Assembly: GCA_043228905.1 (NCBI GenBank)
Contig: JBHGNT010000011.1
Span: 17,670,001 to 17,734,000, forward strand
Direction: 5' to 3'
Source: Azolla caroliniana
Lineage: Eukaryota > Plantae > Polypodiophyta
Length of the DNA: 64,000 bases
The position numbers and the translations under genes were made by a program. Positions 1 to 13,909 of the stretch are shown in pieces. Positions within the stretch are counted from its first letter, which is position 1. Every line of letters begins with the position of its first letter. The notes beneath the pieces are model-generated. The model saw nothing but the letters and a program-made list of their open reading frames with translations, did not search any database and was not told the DNA's origin.

Positions 1-299
1 TGGTGGCAACATGAGTAGGTTTAGAATGTTAAACAACAGTTCTAATTCCCCCTTGATTGGGATGGTATTTTGATCAATGGTGAAAAAATGTCATTTAAGG
101 CATTCTACCTATATATGGCCAAATTTCCCACAAGCCCTACAAACTTATGCCACTTAAGTTGAAACAATACATGTGCAACATCTTGAGAAAAGTTGTGACA
201 ACTAGTATGTGAAAAAACTAGAACCTAATCATAGCTTAAAAGACGTACACATGATTTGAACAATTTGGTTGCATGATAAAAAGACATACTAATTACATG

Positions 300-1300
300 C
301 TCCATGATTTTTTTAAGGAGTGTGTCGTCTTTGAATGTTGCACACGAAATTTTTGAAGATCGTAGATGAGCAGAAGACTTGCATTGACTATAGGGGAGGG
401 TTGCACCACATGTTGAATCAAATTGCCACTAGCTAATGTATGTGTGGGTGTCAATTCTTGACATAAATAAGTTGTATCTATTAAGGAAAATAAAACTTTA
501 TAGTTGTTGGCATCAAACCATCGGATCTCACCCTGGACGAATGATTTTCATGCCTTTTTATTAGTAAAGAGATCTACATCATCACCTATGTGGACAAAGG
601 AGTGTTATAATTACCACTCCATAATTAAAGTAACATAGAGGACTTCAATCATTCATTGCTCCTTTGATTAAATATAAATCCAATTATAGAGAAGACAATA
701 ATGATGACATATTGATTTGGATCATTAATTAGCTTTCATGAAAATATAGATAGCTTTGGTGTGCATAATCACATCTTGCCATACTTTTGGCACCAATGGT
801 TGATGTGAGATGCATGGGACCCAAACCATTTAGTTGGCATTGTATACAGGGCAGGTGTGTTGTGATAGCAAGCTAATGGTTCACACTCAATTGGAATTCC
901 TTGTTGAAGGACAACAATTGCAATGATTGGCCCCCATCATGATGAGAATTGGTAACCTTGTTTAATATTCATTAGTATAGAGTGCATGCTAGCTTAGATG
1001 GCAATGGAGTTTGATCCTTTACAAGCCCCTGGAAGTTGGAGAATGCTAAAAAACTATCACTCACTTCCTCCGCCTAATAACGTGAACCCACCTTTACCCC
1101 AAGTCTCTTCTACTGAACATCAATGAAAAGTTGCATAGTTGTTTCCGAGTCACTAAACAATAGGGTTCCACCTTTATCAAAGGTTATAAGGGGGATAACT
1201 ATATGGCAATTGGATGAGGCAACAAACTTTAAAAAGAGATTTTTATCATTAGGATTGAGGGTTGTGAAATACCTAAATTCTTCTTCACTTAGAAACACGT
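300..1300 (-). mobile_element. Highly decayed Ty3/Gypsy pol remnant (protease/RT-like fragments)
   Basis: Minus-strand fragments resemble Gypsy motifs: LLFSDSETTMQLFID (protease-like, about 1110-1170), LVPK..GKM*LC (RT start, 761-800), IVNASLLLIYDLQKF (RT/RNase H linker, about 345-392). Many stops and frameshifts; boundaries approximate. Confidence 0.45.
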
Positions 1301-4300
1301 TTGTTTTTTCTTGTTTCCTTCATAAATTTGCCCAGTCACCTAGATTTCTATCAATATACATTAGTGAGCTCAACTTTCCACACTTTAGAAAAATGATGAA
1401 AAAGCATTACTTTTTTAAAAAGCCAAAGAAGTTGGGATGTATGTGAAAAACAAGATCAAATCCTAAAGTAGTTTTGCACATGCCGACAACTCGTCTTTAC
1501 ATATATTTAACTTTATACGTCATTTCGTGAATGCAAATCAATATTTTACAACATAGTTATCTTATGATGTTAATTGGTGTTGTCTACAGTTATACTAGAT
1601 AGAGTCGAGAAAATGAATATGTGCATGGTTAGGGATAGATATATATTTATGTTTCAAGGTATTATACCAAAATTATTGTTTTTCAATAGAGGATCCAAAA
1701 CATTATGTAAACCATATTTTACATAGCCTAGTAACTTGATCCATAGCTTCGATGAATGTGAGTTCCTTTTCAAATAGAAACATGTAATGAGTTCCAGTTC
1801 CTCGAAGGACCATGAATGTGAACTGCTCGTATTAATTTATCTTGGTTGTCATGTGTTCTTCACATGTCTCACACAACTCATTTTTAAAATGTGCAAACCA
1901 AAACTTTCACTGTGCATTCATGTGAATCTCATCAACTAAGTTGTGTACATGATGAAAATTTTTGGAGGACAAAAAACTTTATCATGATGTGCATTATTTG
2001 ATTCTCTTTAATTAATAGGGGTACACGTCAACATAGGATGCTACATTTTTCACCATGCATGAGTTTGCATTGATGGATAAAGTCCATTGGCCATATATGA
2101 CCCACATCATTTTTTAAGGTTTTGTGAGTCTTATTCCCCATTTACTTAGTTAATTTTAATATTACTTCAACAGAGAATCCACATTCATGAATCAAAATTA
2201 CATAGTTCAATGTATGATATATTGATCCCATTGTCATGGAAATCGAGAACATTAACATATCTTTATTTAATAACTTAATTAACATTAGATAAAAATGCAA
2301 TATAACATCACCAATACACATAGAGAGTACCTAACCATACCATACCATACCATTGGAGATCAATGTATATAATAATGACTACTAAATTGTTTGGATCACT
2401 ATTTTGCTTTGTATAATCTTAACAAATATAAAAAATCATTGCTAGTTTGATGAAGCAGTTTGCTTCACCATTCACATGAACAAATAGAATAACTAGGCAT
2501 TGCTAACTCAAAAACGAAATAGAGAAAAATATGTCCACTAATGATTATAACACACATTCACATCTCCAAATTAATTTTCATGTAAGCTTATTATGTGATT
2601 TCGAACAAATGCATTTTTACATGTCTTTGGCATGGCAAATGACCTACGTGGCAATATTTTGTAAATTTATTGCATTGGATGAATCCCAGTTTTTTACAAT
2701 GAATGATGATACCAAGGTCAAAACGGTGCTCAAGAACAACGTAATTTGTTAAACCAATGTTAAAACGTATGATTGTTTAGCCAAATTTTTGGTCTTATCT
2801 ACTATTGGAAGTATATGTACAAAACAAGTTGAGCAATAGGGGTTTTGGAAGGCAATCATGTTATAAAACCTAGGTAGGATGATATTGATGAGAACCACAC
2901 TAGATTGAGCCATACTAAAAACCAACCATACATATTCATGAAAACGCATCATAAAGTTTCTTGGGTATATTTGAATGTGCCAAAATAGGATTGAATCTCA
3001 TCATCCGATAAGGCAGATATACACTTACGTCTTTGGGTAAATAGATTCAAAATCAAAGACATTATTGAGATGACTTATAATTGTTTTCTCCCTCTTTGTA
3101 TTATACAATGCACATCATTCTCCTCCGTCCACTTGTCAATTTCAAGATCTTAATAAACAGGATAATCAATACTAATGTCTTCAACCACCACCCAAACACT
3201 GAATAATAACAAAGTTGATGACCCATTATTTTCCTTATTGGAAGAATACAAGAAGATAGTTAATATAGTGAGCTTTTGTAGAGTGTTTTTATTTTTGTCT
3301 TGCTTAGTATTTTTGCAGTATCCTAAAAGGTTCATTTTTCAATTGTAAATAAGTACCTCCTTGGTTAAACATATCAATTGCTCCCACACATGGTTATTTT
3401 TCTTCCATTAAATACTCGGTCATCATTATTATACTAAAGTAGTTTTGTCATCTTCTTCAATAATGGAGGCTCTTAAGCCTTTTAAGTCTACTGCATTTGT
3501 GATTCTAATGACTCCTAGCACTCACCCTATGTGACAAAACATTTCTCTATAATATAGTCAATATCCAAGGACAAAATTATCATAATTGGCTATATCTAGG
3601 CATAATTAATGTCACCATCGAGAAGCACCCCTTTAACATTCTAGCTTGATAATCAAACCATTTGAGTCTTGACATATTAGTGTACGTGGTTAAAAAATAT
3701 CAATCAAAGAAAACAAACTCAATTGTTCCTAGAAGATGGGTTATCAAGTGTGTAACTACGATGATAAAAAATGCAAAAGCTTATGCTCAAGCAAAGTCAT
3801 ACTCACCCACACACACAATTTCCTTAGCCTTATATGAAGACTTGATCCCCAAAACCAATAAATACCTTATAATTTTTTGAGGGCCTACAAAAATATTGAT
3901 TTTATACAAGATTCAAGCATACGGTTACACATCTACAAAGAATAGGTACATCCATGCATGTCTATACTTCATCCCTTGAACATTTATGGCCCACAAATAA
4001 CCTTGACCTATCATAAATGCCATCACATTCATCATGAGACCATGGCATCATTCCTGCAAGATAATCTACATTTAGGATGCGTAGAGCCTTGACCTACCGA
4101 ATTATATGACGAACATACATGTTGGTGATCCCATGTCAAGATCAATATGTGCTATGATATTTACCATGTGACCACACAACAAAATACGATTACTAACCAC
4201 TTGAATGCATCATGAACGTCGCATTTGTGCTATAAGACCTATACGATTAGTGGTATAACTACCATGAGACTTTTGTACATAACCTCAATTTAAGAAAGGG

Positions 4301-5317
4301 CACCAACACCATTCCAACTTACTTGTCATCACAATGATTCACCTAGAAGTGCATGAAAACAACATTAATCAATCAATGTATAATCTTTCTCTAACAATCT
4401 CTCCTAACTAATGGGAAAGCAAGTACTTTCCGGGAAAAAAAACATTTATTAGTCAATGGTCAAATGAGCAAGGTGGGTTGGCATACCAACCAAAATACCA
4501 TTCAATGTGAAGGGTGTTTGCTTTTCATCAACATTGATAACAAACAATCTAAATTGTAAAACAATCCTTGAATATTGTACAACAATAGTCTGCATCAACA
4601 TTCTCTCAAATTGCAAATGTGGGAAAATCAAAGATTTATAGTCTCAAAATTGCCAATTAATCTCGTACACAGTGACCCAATAAAACAACTTATCTCACAA
4701 GATAACAAAATAATCGTCAGGCATTGTAGTAAGTCTTTGAGAGAGCTTGGCAAATAGGAAATAGTAAAAAGTTACATGTGATGAGTGTCTAGCATTGGTA
4801 ACTGTCGCACATGTGATTTTTTTTACTGATGGACTTGAGAGAGAAATGCGTGTTGAGATTCATCATGGTTTAAAAAATGAGGAAGGCAAGTTAATATGTG
4901 CAAAAAACATTGCATTTGATTCTAACGATCAAGCTTGGGAACTTGCTCAACACATAAAAAATGCATACCAACAATTTTTATTTTGACTGAACAGAATGGG
5001 GGAACTATACAATGGATGGTGATGCTCAAATACTCACGAACATGCTCATAATAAAACACACATATCAATGGTGCAAATTGCAAGCAAACAAATGGGGATG
5101 CGTTGCAGAATGGATGGCCAATATGGTTCACACACTAGAAGAAGAAGAAGAAGAAGAAGAAGAAGAAGAAGAAGGTTTTGTAGATTAGTGCAACATATAT
5201 GATGTAACAAGTGAAACATGATGATTCCTGAGATTTCTCCCAAGTCACCATACATTGGTGTTGGTAAAAAAAATGCATGTACCTAGGAATCATTTCAAGT
5301 ATCGTAAAGAAAATATA

Positions 5318-8160
5318 CTATTTACAAACTATATGCTAAGATGTTGGCTATGAGATTGTAGCCCTTTTTAATAGACATCATTCATAACACCCAAACAGGG
5401 TTCTTACAAGATAGGAGTATATTGTATAACATTTTCTTATTTTGGGAAGCGGTTGCAATTTCACAAGAAAGGAAAGAGGATTTAGCTATCTAGTTGTTGG
5501 ACTTTGAAAAGGCTTATGATAGGGTAAATTGGTCTTTTTTGAGGGGCACTATGGAAAAGCTAGGTTTTCCTAATCAATGGTTAATGGTTGTTTCCGCTCT
5601 TTACAACTCAACCTATAGTAGGGTATTAGTAGCTGGAGAACTAGGCCAAGCATTTTCAATTTCAAGGTCAGTGAGACAAGGATGTTCGTTAGCTCCCTTT
5701 TTATATTTGATGATTGGAGAAGCTTTTAGTAGTAACTTTCTTATAAGTAATGTCGAGAATATAAAAGGTATGCAATGGCCTTGGTTAGAGGAGCAAATTG
5801 TGGATTGTCAATTTGCTGATGATACAGTCTTGTATTTGCAAGGTTCTCACAATAATTTGTGTAGAGTACAACGGGCTATTGATAGTTTTTGCTATGCTTC
5901 TAGAGCTGTTATTAATTGGAATAAGTCAATGGGATAACAAATACCATGGTAAATACCACAGTAAACCCCTTGTGGTGTCCACAAGAAGGGTTTCAAGGGA
6001 TTCTGCATGGTAAACCTGTAAGATACCTGGGATGTCATATAGGAATTAACCTTGCACTGGAAGATCACATAGATCCTTTGTTGCTTGCTATAAGGAAGAA
6101 ATTGTTATATTGGAATGCTGCTAAATTGTCATTGGTAGGTCGGGTTGTTGATGCCTATCAAGTATTGTTGGGCTCCATGTGGTACACATTTTGTCGACTT
6201 GGTTGTATTCACGTTCGGCTTTATCACAAGTACAAAGGCTTATTAGAAATTTCCTTTGGGGATCTAAAGATGGTTCATATGTGAGAGCTAAAGTATCTTG
6301 GAAAGTCATTATAGCTCCAAAGGACGAGGGGGGTCTTGGGTTGATTGATCCTCTATTACAATGTAAGGCTTTTTTGGGAAAATTTATTATAAGAGGCTTC
6401 TTGCTAGGTGGGGAGCCCTAGAAAAAAAATCTTAAGGCATAGAATGGTTAAGGTTATGCCTTCTACATGTGGCAACTGGCAAGATAGTATTAGATGGTGG
6501 TTTTTATTAAGAGATTTTAATCATTCCCTTGATATTTTTCGCCAGGATAAGTTTTTTAGGGCTATCATGAAGGCATGGTGGGATTTGAAACATAACTTGG
6601 TCCAATCTCTACCATTATGTATGGAGGAATGGTTGCGACAACCCCTAATAATGAACCCATTATTTCTATCAGAGGAGGGGGGAATGTTAGGGAAAAGAAC
6701 TAGGTTGAAATGGGCTGATTTTGATAGAGGAGAAGCTAGATCGGTAAGGAATCGGCTGTACTTTCTTCTTCGATGATCAAAAACAAAACCCAGATTTGTC
6801 GCACAATTTGGGGTGGAAACATTATGTATACAGAAATCGATAGAGTGTTTACGATTTATTCCTTTCGGCCTTCTCAAAGTGGTCTATTTTGGTATGGTAT
6901 GTTTTCATCTTTAAATGTCTTGTTGGGGGTCAGAGGTTATAAAAACTCTCATGATTGTCTATATTTCGATGTTTTGCAGTCTGGATGGCTTCATTCTATC
7001 GTTATGGAAGATGAATTTGTATCTCAAGGGAGTATGTTGCCTGTTCGTATATTGTGGAAAAACGATAAAAAATGGATGTTGAATCCACACCCAAATGATA
7101 TAAACAATTTATCTGAATTGTGGGTCTACGAGAATAAGCCCATTGACAAACTTTTGTGGGATCCCAATGAATGGAAATGGCAAAGCATATTACCACAAGG
7201 AATGTTAGGCAAGCAAAATTTCCCATTTTTTCAATACTTGGTAAAAATGGGTAGAGAAATGCTAAGGAGGCGCCAACAACATGTAAATTTTGGAACTTGG
7301 GTAATGTACGACACTCTTGGTTAAATGCTTATTGGAAATGGCTATGGGCCATGCAAATTCCTAGAAAAGTTGTCTTGTTTAGATGGTTGTTGGTACATTA
7401 TGGCACCCCTGTGAAGTCATGGATGAAGGGGCATTGCCATGATTTAAAATGTGACAATTGTGGTTTTCCAAATGAAACGGTGCACCATGTTTTATGGGTA
7501 TGTCCTATAGCTAGAGTAGTATGGAAAAGAGTGTTGAGAATTTTGTATCCTATTTATGGTAAACAGGCGTACACATGGGGTTTTGTGAGATGGGGAAGGT
7601 TGGCTGAAGAAATACAAAATTATGAAAGAGAGTGTGTTGATTTTGTTCTCCTCTATGATGGAAGACATGTGTTGGAGGCCTCTTATACTACACCAATCCA
7701 TTGTTTGGAAGAAGACAAGGTTTGGTCTACTGTATCTTCTTTAGGAGTTTGGATGTTATGGAAGGCAAGTTGTAAGTGTGTATTTCAGAATGTCAAACCG
7801 AATGCGGTTGAGTTAGTCAAGGAGATATGGTTGATGCTCCTGCATACGCTAAGAGGTCACTATGAGGCAATTCATGGTGAGCTTGATGTTGTGTTTCGCA
7901 AGCAACAACAATTTTGAGAAAGTTGGAAAAAGGCAGAGGTCTTCACCTATTTTGGGGATAGAATCAAATGGAGATATGCTCCACCAAGATGGCTTTTCCG
8001 CCCCCTGTCTTGAAAAGACCATGCATGAGGGTTTTCGCTACTAGACATGTCCATTCATGTGGGTAGGAGGGTTGTAATAGATTGTGTGGATACTTTGTAG
8101 CCTTTGGGCATCCTTTCATTAATACCACAGTGAATCTTGACTTTAAAAAAAGAAAAAGAA
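5318..8160 (+). mobile_element. 5'-truncated, frameshifted L1-clade LINE retrotransposon (ORF2: RT + zf-RVT)
   Basis: RT motifs across ORF fragments: YKLYAKMLAMRL, QTGFLQDRSI, LLDFEKAYDRVNW, RSVRQGCSLAPFLY, QFADD, VRYLG, GGLGLID. C-terminal zf-RVT CDNCGFPNETVHHVLWVCP. A-rich tail at 8145-8160. Imperfect 12-bp target-site duplication AAAGAAAATATA (5306-5317) / AAAGAATATATA (8155-8166). Confidence 0.93.
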
Positions 8161-8569
8161 TATATAAACACACATATTCGAGATCATTTATTACTATCTT
8201 GCGACCATAGAATGAACCATACATATCATATGTGCATTCACATTCGAGAATGATTCAATCAAACGTGTATGGTAAATCATCTCAGAGTTGGATTGGATTC
8301 ACTAGGGTCTATATTATATATTGATTCACTCTCAATCCTAATAAGTGGACTCTAATCCATTGTGAACCACCAACATAAGTATGGTTGCAATATTTGCATT
8401 GTATCACATGCATACCTTTGGGATACGAATCAAGACATCTCTATCATCCTCACTTTAGAACTTTACAAAAAAATGAGTATGAACTATAGAGATTGAATCA
8501 AAATATGTCATTATAAATTGTAATCAAACGTTCAAAAACTCATAAAACGTATATTCGAGAATATGAAGA

Positions 8570-9060
8570 AAACATGACATAGGCAGTAGTAGCATAACAA
8601 CTTACCACTAGGGTGACCTAATTTCTAATAAGAAATAAAGAAAGAAAGAAAGAAAGAAAAAAGAACATGACACTAACATAAAATTTTGCCATGACATAGG
8701 CAGTAGTAGCATAACAACTTACCACTCGGGTGAGCTAATTTCTAATAACAAAGAAAGAAAGAAAAAAAAGAAAAAAAAGAAAAAGGAACATGACACTAAC
8801 AAGAGGATATGAGAAAGTTGGGAATTGAACCCAAGACACAAGTAATAGTAGCACCACAACTTATCACTAGGTTGTGCTTAGTTCTAATAATAATAAAATA
8901 AAAGAAAAAAACTATTATAACACTAACATAAAATTTTGTATGACATGGTAATAATGAGAGAGAGAGAGAGAAAGAGATGATAAAATTGGGAATCGAACCC
9001 AAGACCTAAACAGCAACAAAATGACTCCTTACCACTACAATGAACTAAATTACAATGACA
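8570..9060 (-). repeat. Tandem array of about 4 degenerate tRNA-derived (SINE-head-like) units
   Basis: Minus strand shows repeated A-box-like TAGCTCACCCGAGTGGTAAG variants (about 8600-8620, 8715-8740, 8860-8880, 9028-9050). B-box GGGTTCGATTCCC / GGGTTCAATTCCC at about 8988-9000 and 8820-8833. Units are separated by T-rich tracts. Confidence 0.55.
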
Positions 9061-9283
9061 ATGAATGAAAAAAAAGAAAAAGAAAAGAATACATATTCTT
9101 TCCATTTCAAACGAATAGTCCAAACGTTTGAATGCTTGCACGAATATTACGTTCTATGCTAGCGACCATCACAACTCGATATTCTATTTTTGAAATTTGT
9201 TACTTGTTTCCCTTGAGATTATAAGAAGTTGATATGGTTCTTTTTAAAAATCTTAAGCATGTATTACACAAACTTTTGTAATA

Positions 9284-9770
9284 TGTCCCTAAATGGTTAA
9301 TAACCTTCTCCAAATTTAAGTGGTGAGCCCATACATTCATTCCATTATGAGCAAAAGGAGCCTCGTGACGAAGGTATTTAAAGTTCTCTATGGCTTCAAG
9401 ATGGTTGTCATTGTAAACAACACATGCTTAATCTTTAATAAGACTAATTGAAAGCACAAACTTTGCTTTAGAGCAATGCCCATCTTCTCAACAATGTGCA
9501 CAAAGTTCTCCAAGAGAATCACGTCCCAATGTTCTACAAGCTATGGCAACATGTTCCCAAATGGTTAATAACCTACCCTCTCCAATTGTAAGTGGTGAGC
9601 TTGCACACTCATTCCATTATGAGCGGAAGGAACCTCATTCCAAGGTATTTTAAGTTGTCTATGGCTTCTAGATGCTTGTCATTATACACAATGCATGCTT
9701 AATCTTTAATTAGACTCATTGCAAGCAATATTTCTCCACAATGTGTAGAAAAGTTCTCCAAGAGAATCAT
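9284..9770. repeat. Two-copy direct tandem duplication (about 270 bp unit)
   Basis: AAATGGTTAATAACCT...AAGTGGTGAGC...ATTCCATTATGAGC...GTTCTCCAAGAGAATCA occurs at 9284-9520 and again at 9552-9770. Confidence 0.85.
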
Positions 9771-12700
9771 AATTAATATTTAGCATCAACTTAAATATTT
9801 GCAAAAATCACTACATCAATTGTTGTTTTTATAATAGATGGTACATTCCCAATACATATTAACCTCTTCAATGTTTGCCTATTCTACAAATATATCAACC
9901 GTACATTCCAATCAATACTTAACAACATTATCACAACGAAAAAATAAGAAATTTGGTCTCACATATATGACACATCATCTCCTTTGAATTTGGCAGAGTC
10001 CAATATGAATGATTGAAGATGGAGGAGCATTGCATCCAGGAGTACTCATTCCCATGAGCTTGCTCAAGGCTAAATATGCATAATCGATGAGTCTCCTCGC
10101 ATGTGGTTGAATACCATGTCTAACATTGAATTAAATATGAGTTAAGTTGTACGGAAGCAACGCGGCAAACAAACGAATAAATCTAGCATGTATTTGTGAA
10201 TGTACTTTCTCCATTAGGAGAAGAAGAGTGTTTTGTAGTTCACTGTGACATATGTGAAATAATGTGTGAAATGTGAATCTCCAAGTCTTTTCTACACCTT
10301 CACATATTGGGTTTGCATAAAAGCCTCTTTCATGACGGATTCTATCGATTCCAGACCATTTCTCCATAACTCAAAAAACTAATTTTGTGTGCATTTTGAA
10401 TATTTTCCTTGGTTTTGAAGACAATTCTAGGAAGTTAAAGGTAGGGTATCTTTTCATCCTATGCATGTACTTTACAAACCCTTTTCATACACATGATCTC
10501 GACAGGAAGTGATCTAGTCTCAAGAAGTAAAAGCCTTTATGACATTTATATTGACATGAAGAAACTTCATAAGAAACCACTTTGGAACATTTTCAAACTC
10601 TTTTGGAGTTGAGTGGGGCTAAAAAAACCATTTGAAGTAAATGGCTTCAACTGAATAAGGCTCAGGAGAATCCATAGGATCGTAGCAACCATGGGCCCAG
10701 AAATATAATTCCAAAAGTTATAAGGACAATTTAAAATATGAGCCAAAGGGGTTGTGATGGGAGTGGCTTATAAAGTTTCTCTTATGTAAATACGTAAAGT
10801 TTCTAGTGTAGAACATGGTAACACTTATGCCAAGTTTTTCACAATCGCTTTAAATACGTGTGCAAGGGTTTTTGGTCAATTGAGCTAAAAAAGGCCCATG
10901 ATATATATATTCCCAAAGTTACCTTTTTTTATATGAAATATTACTCTTTCACGATGCAAGTATGTCCCATAATGTTATGACAATGCACTCAATAATTGGG
11001 TTCCGCACTTATATTTTCAAAGTCAATTGTGTCCTTACCTTTTACTATGATTAGGAATCAAATTGTGGGCTACTATGTAAAGATCCAAAATGTTGTTGCC
11101 CAATCTCTTTTTGCATGAAGGTGGATTGTTATTCGTGCTTGTGTATCAGGTATCATTATAGAGGATGTTGGTAGATATCCCACAATGTCATATGGATGTT
11201 TGTACCGTTCTCATGTAGTACGTTTGATTCATGCTCATCTTATAAATCCATACATTATTTGTACCATATCCATATAGTGGGCCTTGAATCACTCACATTC
11301 TAATATGAAGATTCATATGTACCATTTTCAATATAATAAGGATGGGGTTAGACAAGCATGAGAAGTGTTGCCACGATGTAGTAAGGTTGTATTCACACAC
11401 TTGTTAGTGATAAGCAGTAGAGGACCTAGGAGCCTGTACACTACGAGAGAAACAAGACAGTGTCATTTCCAACCTCATGCACATTCTTGTGTGAATATTG
11501 ATGTACCAAGTAGAAAATGACTTGTCGCAAGTAGGCCAACATGTTAAGCTAACTACACCATCCATATAGTACAAGCTTAATAATATATAGAAATTTGGGG
11601 TGTCAATCCAACCTAAGCATACATATGTTCCCTAAAACATGTGCCAAGCTATCAATGACACACGGACAATAATTAATCACGAGTAATATTAATGATAACG
11701 CTTTTATATCTATCCACCTTAAGTGCTTACTTGGTACTGGAGACTCTTAGCAATGATATAATATCATCTCTATCCAATTAGGTTTTGTATGAATGAAGTT
11801 AACATTTCAAGGTTTAGGCCTATGGAAGATCAGCCAATAGTAAGGTGAGGTGCTTCACACGTTCTATGCATGGAAATATAAGTATCTATAGAAGGTTGCG
11901 AACGACTTAAACTTTCTAGATGTGTGTTGAGACAATAAATAACCATGATATATAATAGATATTTTCAATGTTTATTACATATTTTATATTGATTTACTAT
12001 CTTTAAACTACATAGTCCAAGCAAAGTGTTTTATGTCCATCACTCACATTAACAAGCCTAATGTTCCTATTTCCACTCTTGGCTTGGAAGATGTTGAAAA
12101 CTACTCGAATGTTTTAAGTGGGTGAGTGGCATCAGTATTAGATCGCAAAGCTACTCACTGCTCATAACAAATTATTCTCGAATTGTTATGACAATTTGTA
12201 GCATTTTCTATACCTTGTGTCTCTTTTTTTCCTTGGTAGTAGTAATTAGTTACTATTGGATTTCGTCAACCCACTTTGGAGAAGTATGCAACATCCCCTC
12301 CACAAAATATGTGAAGCATTAGTGGGAAGCTTTAAAGCTTGCTTAGAGACCCATCAAGCACAAAGACATAATCGAGAGATGAGACATCTCAAAGGCCTTT
12401 GGTGTGGGTCAACATATGGCCAATCTTGCACTCTCATTTGATTTGTGCTTTTGTTCATTCCTTGAACAAGTGAATTGAATCATGAGATGCATATTATTTT
12501 GGTCTCATAGGTTGCATTGACATCTTTAAAGTCATTAATTCATTTATCATTCTTCTTCTCTCATATACATACATGATGATATAAACATTCAAGTCTGCAT
12601 AGATGGCAACATACACTCATACGAATGTACTCACGACACGTGACGACACATAGACAACGTGTAAGTGATGCATGAGAGTGCATGTGCGCTAGTCTTAACA

Positions 12701-13038
12701 TATCATGTGCTTCTTATACAAAGATAATAATCAATATTATCATGGTAGATACATGCATAGAAGGGAATGGAATCTTGTGTGTGAACTTTCCCCTCATTTC
12801 CACAAAGGGAATCTTCCTAGTAACAAGTAGAAGACGCATAATGATCTCACTCTAAGGGGGGGTCCTAATAATGCCAATAATTGTATGACAATTAGGAGTC
12901 ACGAGGAGGAAGGTGACAAAATAATTAAGAATGATTTTTATAATGGAATCACATTTATTGGAATGCAAAGATCTTGTTTTACACCTCGTGTTTCAGATGG
13001 AAAGATAGCTTTGGTAATTACCACCACTAAATTACCAA

Positions 13039-13042
<4 letters not shown>

Positions 13043-13110
<68 letters not shown>
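13043..13110. repeat. (GA)n microsatellite
   Basis: Pure AG repeat of about 68 bp. Similar (CT/GA)n tracts at 17339-17378, 17645-17704, 42893-42928, 47382-47424 and 62166-62195; (AAG)n at 5138-5173. Confidence 0.95.
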
Positions 13111-13115
<5 letters not shown>

Positions 13116-13909
13116 TAAAATATGTTTACATGAGGTTGATACAATTTATTGGGAAAAGGGGGGGGGGGGGGGAGACAAGCCGCAAGATGGAGAGGATCAT
13201 TGAACCTTATTTCTCTCAAATTTTTGATGAATTTGATGTTGCATTTTAAAGAATGATGAGGATCGAAGAAGCCTGGGTTCTCTCAAAATTCGGTAACTTC
13301 AACACGACGACGTAAAACCAAATAATTGTGAAGTGTCAAATGGGACAAGGATCGGGCGCAGGTCGCTCTCTCAATATGTACTGATGATGATAGATAAGAG
13401 CCATTGGGCACGATAGGGCGGAACAAAAAACCACGAAGAAGAGAGGTAAGAGAGAGAGAGAGAGAGAGTGTGTGTGTGTGTGTGTGAGTGCGCGTGTGTT
13501 TGACTAGGTTGGTTCCCTTGTGTGCAGACCATGGCCATGTTTGCTCCCTTGAGTCTTCACCACCTCTCTTTTGAAAGACATAATAAATAAGTAATAATTT
13601 GAGATTAAAAACTCCCCCCAATTTGATCACATAACTCTCTTATTTCATGGCGTTGAAACATGGTCGGACAAAGTGTGAAACCAAAGACTCGGAAGTTTTT
13701 AATTAAAAAAGAAAGGAGAGAGAAAGTAATATTAATTTAAATAAATAAAATAAAAGAATTTAAATAAACCCCATTTCTACATACATACATACTGCCCCCC
13801 AATTTGTTTTTTTATTTTTTCACCCAAATAAATAAATTCATTCGCAGATAATTGTATATATGTGCGTGTGTATACATACATACATACGCATATTTACTCA
13901 ATCATGGCG

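Noticed and set aside
3150-4990. Possible integrase-like (VEDISIDY) and gag-like (FFTDGLEREMRVEI) fragments
   Set aside because: Probably TE debris, but the motifs are too short to give a defensible class or boundaries.
10000-11600. Possible decayed DNA-transposase-like coding remnant on the minus strand
   Set aside because: No diagnostic motif, TIR or TSD could be identified by eye.
12885-13118. Poly-ER, poly-LS and YVCM/YIHT repeat ORFs (also 17553-17750, 47013-47346, 62328-62659)
   Set aside because: Translations of microsatellites.
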